Positions 38,076-51,302 of a DNA stretch of 64,000 nucleotides are shown here, piece by piece. The translations under genes and the position numbers were made by a program. The stretch lies in assembly GCA_030390025.1 (NCBI GenBank), contig CM059433.1, positions 24,802,001 to 24,866,000 of the forward strand. Reading direction: 5' to 3'. This stretch comes from Squalus acanthias (taxonomy: Eukaryota). How positions within the stretch are numbered: position 1 is the first letter of the stretch; each line of letters begins with the position of its first letter. Under the pieces are notes generated by a model that was not told the DNA's origin, searched no databases, and saw only the letters and a program-made list of their open reading frames with translations.

Positions 38076-40889
38076 CTTTGTATTTTGTATATTATATTCA
38101 TATTGTGAATGGTTTTATACTGGAGCAAAATTGATTTACAAACATGGATGTATTTTACAAGAATTATTGTGAAGGGGGTTCGACTATACTGACAACTAAT
38201 TGTCTTGGTTACCTGAAATCTAACATATATTCGGTCACATCTAGTTGACCGTGGCTAGGCTCTCAAACAAAAATAAATGTCTCTCTTTTGCTGCAACTGC
38301 CTCATTACTTGTCTCCCACTCTAATTCTGTGTGGGAAATGTGGGATTCAATATCTCCCAATCTTATAAATTTACCAACTTTACAAGTCATTTCAATTTAC
38401 AATCTCTCAAAAATTGACAGCAAATAACATCATGATAATATGAAGGGGAAGGATCAGGAAGCTGAGGGTCTGGAGTTGTGGGGGTGGTGGGGATCAGAGT
38501 GGCCCAAGGTAATCGTGATTTGCATGGACCAATCAGAAGTGAGTTGCATGACAGACACACATGGGCACAACTTTTAAATTTATCTGCCAGGATGCATAGG
38601 CCAAGATGTTACTTCTCGCTCTGCCCACTAGGACAGGCTGGCTGGTAACCTTGGTCTGTCCCCAATTCCCTTCACAGATGCTGATAGGTTACTATATTTA
38701 TTTTGTGTGCAGATATTTAATATGTAACCTATGAACTGTTAGGATGTATTTTTTTTTCTTATACTATTTCCCTGGTTTCTTCCTATTTTTTACCGTGTTC
38801 CCTATTTAATTATTCCCCCTCTTTGTAAGCTTTCTTTCTCCTCTAGCCCCATCTTTCCTAATTTTGTCTTATATTCCATTTCTTCCCATTTATCCTTACT
38901 ATTTCCTCTGATGTTACCCAGTTGTTCCCAATTCCTCCATTTTTTCCGAGGCTTTATCCATTTTGCCTTTCACCTGTTTCCTCCTGTTTCTCCCTGCTTC
39001 TCTATGGATGGACTTGTGTGGCACATTGCCTTGGGTGGAAGCTGCAGTTCCATGACAAACCCATGCAGCTCAATGGTGAACTCAATGCTAAATCAGGTGC
39101 AGAAAGAAATATAGAGAGGGAAAGAAAGATTGGATTAAGAGAGGAAAAAAAGAGACAAAAAATAAAATTTTTAAAAATGTAATTTAAAAAAAAAAATCTC
39201 CAACAATTAAAACCTGAAGGAATGAGACTCTACACTTGTAACAGTTAATTTTCAGTGCCAGAGGTTGACTGGCAGTAATTAACACATCATGTCATTAAAA
39301 AGGTACTTTAGACTAGTCTTAACTTTCTGTGGTGAGTTTACTTCATATCTACAATGCAAGTACAGGAACTTCACGCTGCTCAATGCACTTCAATGGGGAG
39401 CCAGACAGCGAGATGCCGTTTTCCCGAAGCTTATGGTGGAGCGGCGCTTCTCCGACAGCAACTTTTTGATTTCCACATTTAATCGCGCATCTGTCTTTGC
39501 CTGAAGTTGCTGTGGCATTTGCACATAAACAACAGCGACGCTATTAGCCACACCGTTATTTTGAAAGCTATTTTTGGGGGAGTGTCTTGTATTTTGTTGT
39601 CAGCCATGTTACAACAGTGACTACGCTTCAAAATAATTCATTTGCTGTGAAAAGTTTTGGGATGTCCTGAGGATGTGATAAAGTGGTACATAAATGCAAG
39701 TCATTTTTCATTTTTCTTAATAAAAATAAGGCCACTAATTGTTGGCTTCATATTAAAATGGATGAAAGTCTGGAATAAGCTCTCTAAAACACCAGTAAAA
39801 ATTATTGGAAAAGTCTGTAATTGCACAATAAAAACAGGATTTGATTCATTCCATCAGTATAAATCAATGGCCCTGGATATTACTTGACTTAATGTCACAG
39901 AATAAATCAGAGAATTGTGAAGTATTGGGGTTGGGAGAAGAGAAGGGTGTAACCAGAGCTCAGGATGTAAATTTGTAATTTATTTGCTGTGTGAATCGTT
40001 GAGGTGTTTTTATGTGATAGTGTTATTTTTGCTGTATAAAGTGGGGTGGTTCTATTTTCGCAACATTTATTTGGCAGAATGTGATTGGGAAGAAAATTGA
40101 ACTTGGTAAGAACGGTTTTACCTCACATGAAAGAACAATCAATTATAAAGGAGAAAAACTCAGCAGCAGGATTTGCTGCTTCAATACTTCCCAGTTTGTG
40201 GTTTTCCCTGGCCATTCATTTTAATGGATGAAAAATAAAGAGCTGCGGAGTGCAGAAGCAGAAAATCTCTGCAGAAGCCTTGAACATTATATAAGGAAGA
40301 AGCAAATTGAGCACTGGCTCCACCCTTACAGTGCAGGCGACGGATATCTACAAAATGTTTCTAAAGACCAGAACATCTACTGTGGTGTCATTCATGCATC
40401 GTGTAGAGCCTGGAATACAACTAGAGATATTTGTTATGGTCCTACTTTGAGGTCCTCGTACCCAGCTGCTGTTGCACAAATTCTGCCCCAACATTCACCC
40501 CAACAGTAGGAAAAGAACAAAGCTTGCATGCTTCACCAACATTGACTGCCTCTATAAAGCGGGTACGTTCACAAAGAACTAAGGGAAAGCTCACACCTGC
40601 ATGCTCTCGATGCCTTTATTTTGTTGGCCACTCTTCCTCTGTAGGGCCCTGGCTGAGCTTTTCTCATCATGCCTGTACTTAAGTGTCTCTGACTTTCCTT
40701 CTTATTCTGCTGTGGGATAGCAACTCCAGAATTATCAATTTTAGCAGATCTGGGAGTTAAAATACTTGAGTCTTTGAGTCAGTATATAATTAGTAAATTC
40801 AATGAAATGAGGAAAAAATTAAAGCCAGTGGATGGAAGAGGTTGTTCAACAACTCTTCAGTAGGAGACAAGCGGAACACCTTCACATAT

Positions 40890-42292
40890 AATGTTGAGCA
40901 TGTAGGATAAATACATATTTAAATTCAATTCTCTCAGACTAAATAAATGTGATGGATTATCAAACAAATTAAAAGTGAGATGAAGAGGAAAAAAATGGCA
41001 TGTCCAAATCCTTCAGGAAGGGAAAGGATTCACTGCGATGAATACAAGAAAATGCAGAAACAACAACAACTACTTCTTGCATTTATATAGCGCCTTTAAC
41101 GTATTAAAATGTCCCGAGGTGCTTCACAGGAGTATAAGACAAACAATTTGGCACCGAGCCACATAAGGGGAAATTAGGGCAGCTGACCAAAAGCTTGGTC
41201 AAAAAGGTATATTAAAAGGCCGAACAGAGAGCAGAGAGAGGCCTAGAAAAAAGCAGAGCAGCTAAGGTTGAAATCAATGGCAAAAAATTATTTCAGTACC
41301 ACAAGAGTAAAAGGGCAGTCAGAGAAGAGGTGAAAACCATAAAAAATGCAAATGAGCTTGAAATTGAGGATGGTAAAAGTAGTAAATATTATGAATGATT
41401 ACTTCCTCCAATTATTCACAAGTGAAGACATGAGCAATCAGACCTTCCTCAAACAAAGATATCCCAGCTACAATCAGTGACTTGGATATAAATGAGATGG
41501 AAGTACTAGGCAAGCTAAATGGGCTCAAGACAAATAAATCCCAAGGGATAGATGGTATTTACCCGAGTGCTGAGAGAGACTAGGGAAGAGATTTGTGAGG
41601 CACTGCAGGAGTCAATGGACACTGGGGAGATGCTGGTAGATTGGAAACAGCAGTCAACATGGATCCAGAGGGGCAAGATCCTGCCTGACCAACCTCCTTA
41701 ATTTCTTCGAGGAAGTGACTCTGGAAAGTCCACTTGATTTGCAAAAAACTTTAGGAAGTTCCACATGAAAGGCTATTAGTGAAGCGCAATGCTGTGGGGA
41801 TTGAGGATCAACCTTGAGAATGGATGAGAAAATGGCAGAAGGTTATCAAACAATGAGTTAGGTCATGGTGGGGGTGGGGGAAGGCTCAGTGCTGGGACCA
41901 CAACTGTTTGCAATTTACATAAATGACCTAGATTCAAAAATTCAATGCAAAGAGGTCAAATTTGCAGCTGACACCAAACTAGGAGGGGCAGTGGAATGGG
42001 AGGAGGCAGCTCAGAAATTACAGAATCAGTTGGACAAGACATGTAACTGGGCAGAATAATGCACATGAAATTTAATGCAGACAAGTGTAAAATGCTATAC
42101 ATCAGAAGAAAAAAATTGATAAAATGTGTACTCAATGAATGGAGTTCAAATGGCTAAGGATGAAGCAGAAAGAGACCATGGAATCTTGGCAGTCTTGACG
42201 ATAAACCTGTCCAGCCAATACAGAGCAGCAATCAGCAATCTCCAAAGATTATTAAACTACATAGTCAATAGTAGAATACAAGTTATAGAATC
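40890..42292 (+). mobile_element. Old CR1 ORF2 remnant with a nested L2 tail (about 41060-41210, -)
   Basis: KS.G.DGI.P.VL near 41540 and [27 protein letters not shown]. Many disruptions. Confidence 0.8.
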
Positions 42293-45200
42293 ATCGAATG
42301 ATACAGCACAGAAGGAGGCCATTCGGCCCATCGTGCCTGTGCCAGCTCTTTGAAAGAGCCATCCAATTAGTCTCACTCCCCTGCTCTTTCCCCATAGCCT
42401 TGCAATTTTTTTCTCTAACAAGTATTTATCCAATTCCCTTTTGAAAGTTATTATTGAATCAGCTTTCAGACAGTGCATTCCAGATCATAACAATTTTCTG
42501 TGTAATTTTTTTTTCCTAATGTCGCCTTTGATTCTTTTGCCAATTACCTTAAATCTCTGTCCTCTGGTTACTGACCCTACTGCCACTGGCAACAGTTTCT
42601 CCTTATTTACTCTTATCAAAACCCTTCATGATTTTGAACACCTCTATTAAATCTCCCCTTAATCTTCTCTGCTCTAAAGAGAACATTCCCAGTTTCTCTA
42701 GTCTCTCCACATAACTGAAGTATTCATCCCTGGTACCATTCTAGTAAATTTCCTCTGTACCATCTTAAAGGCCAGGAAATCCTTCCTAAAGTGTGGTGGC
42801 CAGAATTGGACACAATACTCCAGCTGGGACTGAACCAGTGTTTTATCAAGTTTAGCATAACTTCCTGGCTTTTGTACTCTATACCTCTATTTATAAAGCC
42901 AAGTATCCCATCTGCTTTGTTAACAGGCATCTCAGCTTGTCCTGCCACTGTCAAATACTTGTGCATGTACACCCCCAGGTGTCTCTGTTCCTGCACCACT
43001 TCTAAAATTGTACCATTTAGCTTATATTTCCTCTCCTCATTCTTCCTACCAAAATGAATCACTTCACATTTCTGTTTTAAATTTCATCTGCCATGTGTCT
43101 GTCCATTTCGCAGTCTGTCTATCCTCCTGAAATTTGTTACAATCCTCCTCACTGTTTGCTATACTTCTGAGTTTCGTGTCATCTGCAAACTTTGAAATGA
43201 TGCCCTTTATGTCCAGGTTATTAATATATATCAAAAGGAACAGTGGTCCCAACACCGACCCCTGGGGGACACCACTGCGCAGTTTCGTACAGTCTGAAAA
43301 TCCACACAGCCACGCCCCTTTAATCCCATGGGCTTCAATTTTGCTAACAAGTCTGTTATGTGTTACTTTATCAAATGCCTTTTGAAAGTCTATGTACACA
43401 ATATTAACCACACTACCCTCATCAACCCCCTCTCTGTTACTTCATCAAAGAACTCAATCAAGTTAGTCAAATACGATTTGCCTTTAACAAATCTCTGCTG
43501 GCTTTCATTTATTATCCATATATTTCTAAGTGCCAATTAATTTTGTCCTGGATTAATGTCTCTAAAAGTTTCCCCATGACCGATGTTAGGCTGACTGGCT
43601 TATAGTTGCCGGGCTTATCCCTGTCTCTTTTTTTGAACAGGGATGTAGCATTCAAAATCCTCCAGTCCTCTGGCACCACTCCCTTATCTAAGGAGGATTG
43701 GAAGATTGTGGCCAGAGCCTCCGCAATTTCCATTCTTGCTTCCTTCAGCAACCTAGGATGTATCCCAACCAGACCGGGTGACTTTTCTACTTTGAGCGCT
43801 GCAAACCTTTTTAGTACCTCCTCTTTATCTATTTTATCCTATTCAATTTCTCTACTACCTCCTCTACTGTGCCATTGGCAGGTTTCTCCTCTTTAGTGAA
43901 GACAGATACAAAGTGCCCATCTAGTACCTCAGCCATGCCCTCTGCCTCCATAAGATCTTTTTGGTCCCTAATTGCCCATACCCTTCCGTTGACGATCCTT
44001 TTACTATTTATATATTTATAAAAGACTTCTGGGTTCTCTTTTATGTTACTTCATAATCTATTCTCATACACTCCGCCCCTCTTATTTATTTTTTCAGTTC
44101 TCCCCCGTATTTTTTGTATTCAGCTTGGTTCTCTACTGTATTATGAACCTGACATTTATCATAAGCCTCCTTTTTCTGTTTCATTTTAATCTCTATATCT
44201 TTAGTCATCCAGGGAGCTCCAGCTTTGGATGCCCTTCCTTTCCCCCTCATGGGAATGTGTCTAGTCCGTACCCGAATTATCTCCTCTTTGAAGGCCTCCC
44301 AATGTTCAATTACTGTTTCACCTGCCAATCTTTGATTCCAATCCACTTGGGCCAGATCCCTGTTCAACTCACTGAAATTAGCCCTCTTCCAGTTGCGTGT
44401 TTTTACATTTGATTTTACCTTGTTTCCATAACTACTCTAAACCTAATGTTATGTGATCGCTGTTTCCCAAATGCTGTCCCACTGAAACATGCTCCAGTTG
44501 CCCCACTTCATTCCCCAGAACTAGATCCAGCGCTGCTTCTGGCCTCATTGGACTGGAACCATACCGATCAAGAAAATTCTCCTGTACACATTTCAGGAAT
44601 TCCTCCCCCTCTTTGCTCTTTACACTGTTATTTTCCCAGTCTATATTAGGATAATTGAAGTCCCCCATTATCACTACTATAAATTTCTTGCATCTTTCTG
44701 TAATTTGTGTGCAAATATGCGCCTCTATCTCCTTCCCACTATTTGGTGGTTTATAGTATACACCCAGCAGCATATAGCTCCTCTATTGTTCCTTGATTCT
44801 AATCAAATAGATTCCGTCTTTGAACCCTCAAGTACATCATCCCTTTCTAGTGCTGTAACAGTATCTTTGATCAATGAGCTACCCCCTCCTTTTTTTCCTT
44901 CCCTATCTTTCCTGAATACATTGTAGTCAGGAATATTAAGTGCCCATCTTCCCCTTATTTGAGTCTGGTCTGCATTATTACCACTAGAGCTTAATCCCAT
45001 GGTGGCTACTTGTGCCTGCAGCTCACCAACCTATTTACCATGCTCCGTGCATTTATGCACATGCACTCTAAACCCATCTTAGTCTGCCTTGCATTTCCCC
45101 GCTGTCTGATCCTTCCTATTTCTGAACTATTCTTTATTTAAGTGTCAGCTGTGGCTCAGTTGGTAGCACCCTCGTCTCTGAGTCAGAAGGTTGTGGGTTC

Positions 45201-45682
45201 ATAGTCCCACTCCAGAGACTTGAGTGCAAAAATCTAGGCTGACATTTGAGTGCAGTAGAGATGGAGTGCTGCACTGTCGGAGGTGCCGTCTTTTGGATGA
45301 GACATTAAACCGAGGCCCCGTCTGCCCCCTCAGGTGGGCGTAAAGATCCTATGGCACTATTTTGCAGAAGAGCAGGGGAGTTACCCTATAGTGTTATCCC
45401 TCAATCAACATCACTAAAACATTATCACATTGCTGTTTGTGGGAGCTTGCTGTGTACAATTTGGTTGCCGTGTTTCCTGCATTACAACAGTGACTACACT
45501 TCAACAAGTACTTCATTGGCTGTAAAGCACTTTGGGATATTCGGTGGTCGTGAAAGGCGCTATATAAACACAAGTCTTCCTTTTTTGTTAATGCTGTTTG
45601 TCTCTCCCAGTCCCCTCTACACCTTGTATCCTTTCTCTAATGCTTCAACCTAGTGCCCCTACCCCTGCTAAATTAGTTTAAA
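42293..45682 (-). mobile_element. CR1 LINE (family D), near-complete but broken ORF2 (APE endonuclease plus RT)
   Basis: [69 protein letters not shown] and FADDTKL. 3' tail near 42293. Confidence 0.93.
45143..45582 (+). mobile_element. Deu-domain tRNA SINE nested in CR1
   Basis: Head gtcagctgtggctcagttggtagc, Deu core and tail aaaggcgctatataaacacaagt. Confidence 0.88.
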
Positions 45683-46005
45683 CTATAATAAGAAAAAGAC
45701 CGGACAGACCACCCGGAATCGAACTAGACACCGGATTCGGACACGACAAAGGCATACACAGATCAGTCGACCCTGCAGAGTCCTCCTCAGTAACATCTGG
45801 GGGCTTGTGCCAAAATTGGGAGAGCTGTCCCATAGACTAGTCAAGCAACAGCCTGACATAGTCATACTCACAGAATCATACCTTTCAGCCAATGTCCCAA
45901 ACTCCTCCATCACCATCCCTGGGTATGTCCTGTCCCACCAGCAGGACAGACCCACCAGAGGTGGCGGCACAGTGGTATACAGTCAGGAGGGAGTGTCTCT
46001 GGGAG

Positions 46006-46152
46006 CAACATTCCTGCTAAGTGGCCGCGCAGCGGTCTGGAGGACCCACGCAGGCCACTCACCGGCTTTTACATTGAAAAAACTGTGAATGCGCGAAAAT
46101 CTGAACGGGACACACAGCCAGTTAAAGGGCCTGCGCAGGAGAGGAAATATTG
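46006..46152 (+). mobile_element. 147-bp hAT-type MITE
   Basis: TIR caacattcc / ggaaatattg and imperfect 8-bp TSD tctgggag / cctggcag. Homologous to 50327-50456. Confidence 0.7.
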
Positions 46153-47622
46153 CCTGGCAGTCCTCAACATTGACTCCGGACCCCATGAAGTCTCATGGCA
46201 TCAGGTCAAACATAGGCAAGGAAACCTCCTGCTGATTACCACTAACTGCCCTCCCTCAGCTGATGAATCAGTACTCCTCCATGTTGAACACCACTGGAAG
46301 AAGCACTGAGGGTTTCAAGAATGGACTTCAATGTACATCACTAAGAGTGGCGTGGTAGCACCACTACTGGCCGAGTTCTGAAGGACATAGCTGCCAGACT
46401 GGGCCTGTGGCAGGTGGTGAGAGAACCAACTCAAGGGGAAAAACCTACTTGACCTTGTCCTCACCAATCTACCTGTCGCAGATGCATCTGTCCATGACAG
46501 TATTTTTAGGAGTAACCACCGCACAGTCATTGTGGAGATGAAGTCCCATCTTCACGCTGAGTCTACCCTCCATTGTGTTGTGTGGCACTACCACCGTGCT
46601 AAATGGGATAGATTCAGAACAGATCTAGCAGCTCAAAACCGGACATCCATGAAGTGGTGTGGACCATCAGCAGCAGCAGAATTGTATTCCACCACAATCT
46701 GTAACCTCATGGCCCGGCATATCCTTCCATCTACCATTACTATCCAGACAAGGGACCAACCCTGGTTGAAAGAGCATGCCAGGAGCAGCACCAGGCGCAC
46801 CTTAAAATGAGGTGCCAACCTGGTGAAGCTACAACACAGGACTACATGCATGTTAAACAACGGAAGCTGCATGCTATAGACAGAGCTAAGTGAGCCCACA
46901 ATCAATGGATTAGATCAAAGCTCTGCAGTCCTGCCACATCTAGTCGTGAATGGTGGTGGACCATTAAACAACTAACGGGAGGAGGAGGCTCCATGAACAT
47001 CCCCATCCTCAATGATGGTGGAGCCCAGCACGTGAGTTCAAAAGACAAGGCTGAAGCATTTGCAACCATCTTCAGCCAGAAGTGCCAAGTGGATGATCCA
47101 TCTCGGTCTCCTCCTGAGGTTCCCACCAGCACAGAAGCAAGTCTTCAGCCAATTCGATTCACTCCACGTGATATCAACACTGACATCTACCCAACAAAGT
47201 GGAAAATTGCCCCAGGTATGTCCTGTCCACAAAAGACGGTAAATCCAATTCGGCCAATTACCAACCCATCAGCCTACTCTCAATCATCAGCAAAGTGATG
47301 AAAGGTGTCATTGACCGTGCTATCAAGCGGCATTTATTCATTAATAACCAGCTCACCGATGCTCAGTTTGGGTTCCACCAGGACCATTCAGCTCCAGACC
47401 TCATTACAGCCTTGGTCTAAACATGGACAAATTCTAGAGGTGAGGTGAGAGTGACTGCCCTTGACATCAAGGCAGCATTTGATCAAGTATGACATCAAAG
47501 AGCCCTAGTAAAATTGAAGTCAGTGGGAATCAGGGGGCAAACTCTCCACTGGCTGGAGTCATATCTAGCACAAAGGAAGATGGTTGTAGTTGTTGGAGGT
47601 CAATCATCTCAGCCCCAGGTCA

Positions 47623-47942
47623 TCCTCCGGGTGCTCCGGTTTCCTCCCACAGTCCAAAAATGTGTGGGTTAGGTTGATTTGGCTATGATAAATTGACCCT
47701 TAGTGTTAGGGGGGATTAAATATGTGGGGTTATGGGGATAGGATGGGATATGTTAGGGGGAATTAAATACGTGGGGTTACGGGGGTAGGGTGGGATATGT
47801 GTACTGTGGGGATTAAAGCAGGGACAGGGTACTGGATTTGGATGATCAGCCATGATCGTATTGAATGGCGGAGCAGGCTCGACGGGCCGAATGGCCTACT
47901 CCTGCTCCTAGATTCTATGTTTCTATGTTTCTATGTTTCTAT
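47623..47942 (+). mobile_element. 5'-truncated HE1-like V-SINE
   Basis: End of the V-domain cctccgggtgctccggtttcctcccacagtcc and a CR1-type tail (atgtttct)n. Near-identical to 61055-61350. Confidence 0.88.
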
Positions 47943-48256
47943 CACTACAGGAGTTCCTTAGGGTAGTGTCCTAGGCCCAACCATCTTCAGCTGCTTCATC
48001 AATGACCTTCCCTCCATCATAAGCTCAGAAGTGGGGATGTTCGCTGATGATTGCACAGTGTTCAGTTCCATTCGCAACTCCTCAGATAATGAAGCAGTCT
48101 GTGCCGGCATGCAACAAGACCTGGACAATATTCAGGCTTGGGCTGATAAGTGGCAAGTAACATTCATGCTACACAAGTACCAGGAAATGACCATCTCCAA
48201 TAAAAGAAAGTCTAACCATCTCCCCATGACCTTCAATGGGATTACCAGCGTCGAAT

Positions 48257-50165
48257 CAACAACAACAACTTGCATTTATATAGTACCTTTAATGTAGTAA
48301 AACATCTTTAGGTGCTTCACAGGCATGTTATCAAACAAAATTTGACACTGAGCCACACGAGATATTAGGGCAGATCACCAAAAGCTTGGTAAAAGAGGTA
48401 GGTTTTAAGGAGCGTCTTAAAGGAGGAAAGAGGGGTGGAGAGGTTTAGAGAGGGAATTCCAGAGCTTAGGGCCTGGGCAGCTGAAAGGCACGGCCGCCAA
48501 TGGTTGAGCGATTAAAATCAGGGATGCTCAAGAGGCCAGAATTAGAGGAGCACAGATATCTCGGAGGGTTGTGGGGCTGGAGGAGATTACAGAGATAGGG
48601 AGGGGTGAGGCCATGGAGGGATTTGACAACAAGGATGACAATGTTGAAATCGAGGCGTTGCTTAACCTGGAGCCAATTTAGGTCAGCGAGCACAGGGGTA
48701 ATGGGTGAACAGGACTTGGTGTGAGTTACGACACGGGCAGCCGAGTTTGGAATAACCTCAAGTTTACGGAGGGTAGAACATGGGAGGCCAGCCAGGAGTG
48801 CGTGGAATAGTCAAGTCTAGAGGTAACGAAGGCATCAATGTTGTCAAATCCCTCCATGGCCTCACCCTCCCAAACAAGAGGTTGGTGAACAAAATTAGGG
48901 CTCATGGAATTGGGGGTAATATACTAGCATGGATTGAGAATTAGTTAACAGACAGAAAACAAAGAGTAGGGATAAACGGGTCTTTTTCAGGATGGCAGGC
49001 TGTGACTAGTGGAGTACCGCAGGGATCGGTGCTTGGGCCCCAGCTATTCACAATCTATATCAATGATTTGGATGAGGGGACTAAATGTAACATTTCCAAA
49101 TTTGCTGATGATACAAAGCTAGGTGGCAGTGTCAGTTGTGAAGAGGATGTGAAGAAGCTTCAGGGGGATCTCGACAGGCTCAGTGAGTGGGCGAGAACAT
49201 GGCAGATGGAATATAATGTGGATAAATGTGAAGTTATCCACTTTGGTAGTAAAAACAGAAAGGCAGAGTATTTCCTAAATGGTGAAAGATTGGGGAATGC
49301 AGATGCTCAAAGGGACCTGGGTGTCCTTGTACATGAGGCACTGAAAGTGAATGTGCAGGTGCAGCAAGCCATTAGGAAGGCAAATGGTATGCTGGCCTTC
49401 ATTACAAGAAGATTTGAGTACAGGAGTAAAGAAGTCTTACTCCAATTATATAGGGCCTTGGTGAGACCACACCTGGAGTACTGTGTACAATTTTGGTCTC
49501 CTTACCTAAGGAAGGATATACTTGCCATAGAGGGAGTGCAACGAAGGTTCACGAGATTGATTCCTGGGATGGCGGGACTGTCATATGAGAAGAGATTGAG
49601 TAAACGAGGCCTGTATTCTCTTGAATTCAGAAGAATGAGAGTGGATCTCATTGAAGCATACAAAATTATTACAGGGCTTGATAGGGTGGATGCTGGGAGA
49701 ATGTTTCCCTTGGCCTGGGAGTCTAGAACCAGGGGCCACAACCTCAGGATAAAGGGTAGGCCATTTAGGACTGAGATGAGAAGAAATTTCTTCACACAGA
49801 GGGTGGTGAATCTTTGGAATTCTCTACTCCAGAGGGCTGTGGAGGCTCAGTCATTGGGTATATTCAAAACAGAAGTTGATAGATTTCTGACTAGTAAGGG
49901 CATCAAGGGATATGGCAATAGGGCTGGTGAATGGAGTTGAGGCAGAAGATCAGCCATGATCTCATTGAATGGCAGAACAGGCTTGAAGGGCTGAATGGCC
50001 TACTCCTGCTCCTATTTCTTATGTTCTTATGAGGGTTTCAGCAGCAGATGAGCTGAGGCAGGGGCGGAGTTGGGCGATGTTACGGAGGTGGAAATAGGCG
50101 GTCTTAGTAATGGCGCGGATATGAGGTCGAAAGCTCATTTCAGGGTCAAACACCAAGGTTGCAAA
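48257..50165 (-). mobile_element. L2 LINE 3' part (48257-48839 and 50032-50165), split by a CR1
   Basis: LADLNWLQVKQRLDF..SLHGLTPPYLCNLL..TIGGRAF and a (ttg)n tail. Confidence 0.88.
48872..50031 (+). mobile_element. Young 5'-truncated CR1 (312-codon open C-terminal half of RT, 49002-49940)
   Basis: [31 protein letters not shown] and FFTQRVVNLWNSL, with tail ttcttatgttcttatg. Confidence 0.95.
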
Positions 50166-50326
50166 AAGTGGAATTCCCTACCATCAACATCATTTGGGGG
50201 GTGGGGGGGGGCGGGGTCACCATTGACCATAGACCATAAAATTAACTGGACCAGCCACATAAATACTATGGCTACAATAGCAGGTCAGAGGCTGAGTATT
50301 CTGCGGCGAGTGAATCACATCCTGAC

Positions 50327-50456
50327 CAATGTCCCCTGTAAGCTGCGCTTCATTCTGCGCATATGCAGTATTTAGAATGCAAAAGCCGGTGCGCAGGCCT
50401 GCGCGGGATTAGCGTGATTTCTGTGCGACTGCGAATGCACCTTAGTGGGAACATTG
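50327..50456 (-). mobile_element. 130-bp hAT-type MITE
   Basis: TIR caatgtcccc / gggaacattg and 8-bp TSD (a/c)tcctgac at 50319-50326 and 50457-50464. Confidence 0.8.
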
Positions 50457-51039
50457 CTCCTGACTCCCCAATGTCTTTCCACCATCTACAAGGCATAGTA
50501 AGGAGTGTGATGGAATTCTCTCCACTTGCCTGGATGAGTGCAGCTCCAACAACACTCAAGAAGCTCAACACCATCCATCACAAAGCAGCCCACTTGATTG
50601 GCACCCCATCCACCACCTTAAACATTCACTCCCTCCACCACCAGAGCACCATGGCTGCAGTGAGTACCATCTACAAGATGCACTGCAGCAACTCGCAAAA
50701 GGCTTCTGCGGCAGCACCTCCCAAACCCGCGAACTTACCACCTAGAAGACAAGGGCAGCAGGCACATGGGAACATGGGAAGACCACCCTCTAAGTTCCCC
50801 TCCAAGTCACACACCATCCTGACTTGGAAATATCGTGTTCCTTCATCGTTGCTGGGCCAAAATCCTGGAACTCCCTCCCTAACAGCACTGTGGGAGTACC
50901 TTCACCTCACGGACTGCAGTGGTTCAAGAAGGCGGCTCACCACCACTGCCTACTCGAGGGCAATTAGGGATGGGCAATAAATGTTGGCCTTGCCAGTGAC
51001 GCCCACATTCCATGAATGAATTAAAAAAAATATTAAAAA

Positions 51040-51302
51040 TCGAATCCGGCCAATTAAAGCCCCATCAGTCTACTCTCAATCATCAGCAAACTGATGGAAT
51101 GTGTCATCGACAGTGCTATCAAGCAGCCCTTACTCACCAATAACCTGCTCACTGATGCTCTGTTTGGGTTCCGCCAGGACCACTCGGCTCCAGATCTCAT
51201 TACAGCCTTGTTCCAAACATGGACAAAAGAGCTGAATTCCAGGGGTGAGGTGAGAGTGACTGCCCTTGACATCAAGGCAGCATTTGACCGAGTGTGGCAT
51301 CA
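51040..51302 (+). mobile_element. Second internal RT fragment of family C
   Basis: Parallels 47240-47495 (FGFRQDHSAPDLITAL..LDIKAAFDRVWH). Confidence 0.85.

Larger units (their letters stand above)
45688..51028 (+). mobile_element. CR1-clade LINE (family C), near full-length ORF2, hosting five nested insertions
   Basis: PDIVILTESYL..DRPTRGGG (endonuclease), NYQPISLLS, QFGF, GSVLGP, MFADDCT, VRSVMEFSP, and a 3' end with an A-rich tail at about 51025. Confidence 0.92.

Noticed and set aside
40228..40509. 93-aa ORF and a cadherin-like LTVQATD in another frame
   Set aside because: No convincing splice sites, nearby stops and no other supporting motifs.
45143..45215. tRNA genes at A/B-box sequences (also 6173, 8288, 13405, 20949, 61470)
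   Set aside because: These are SINE heads continuing into Deu or V domains and LINE-type tails.
49002..49940. Functional reverse transcriptase, retron or other RT system
   Set aside because: It is the 3' half of a CR1 ORF2, lacking the endonuclease and the N-terminal RT motifs, with a typical CR1 tail.
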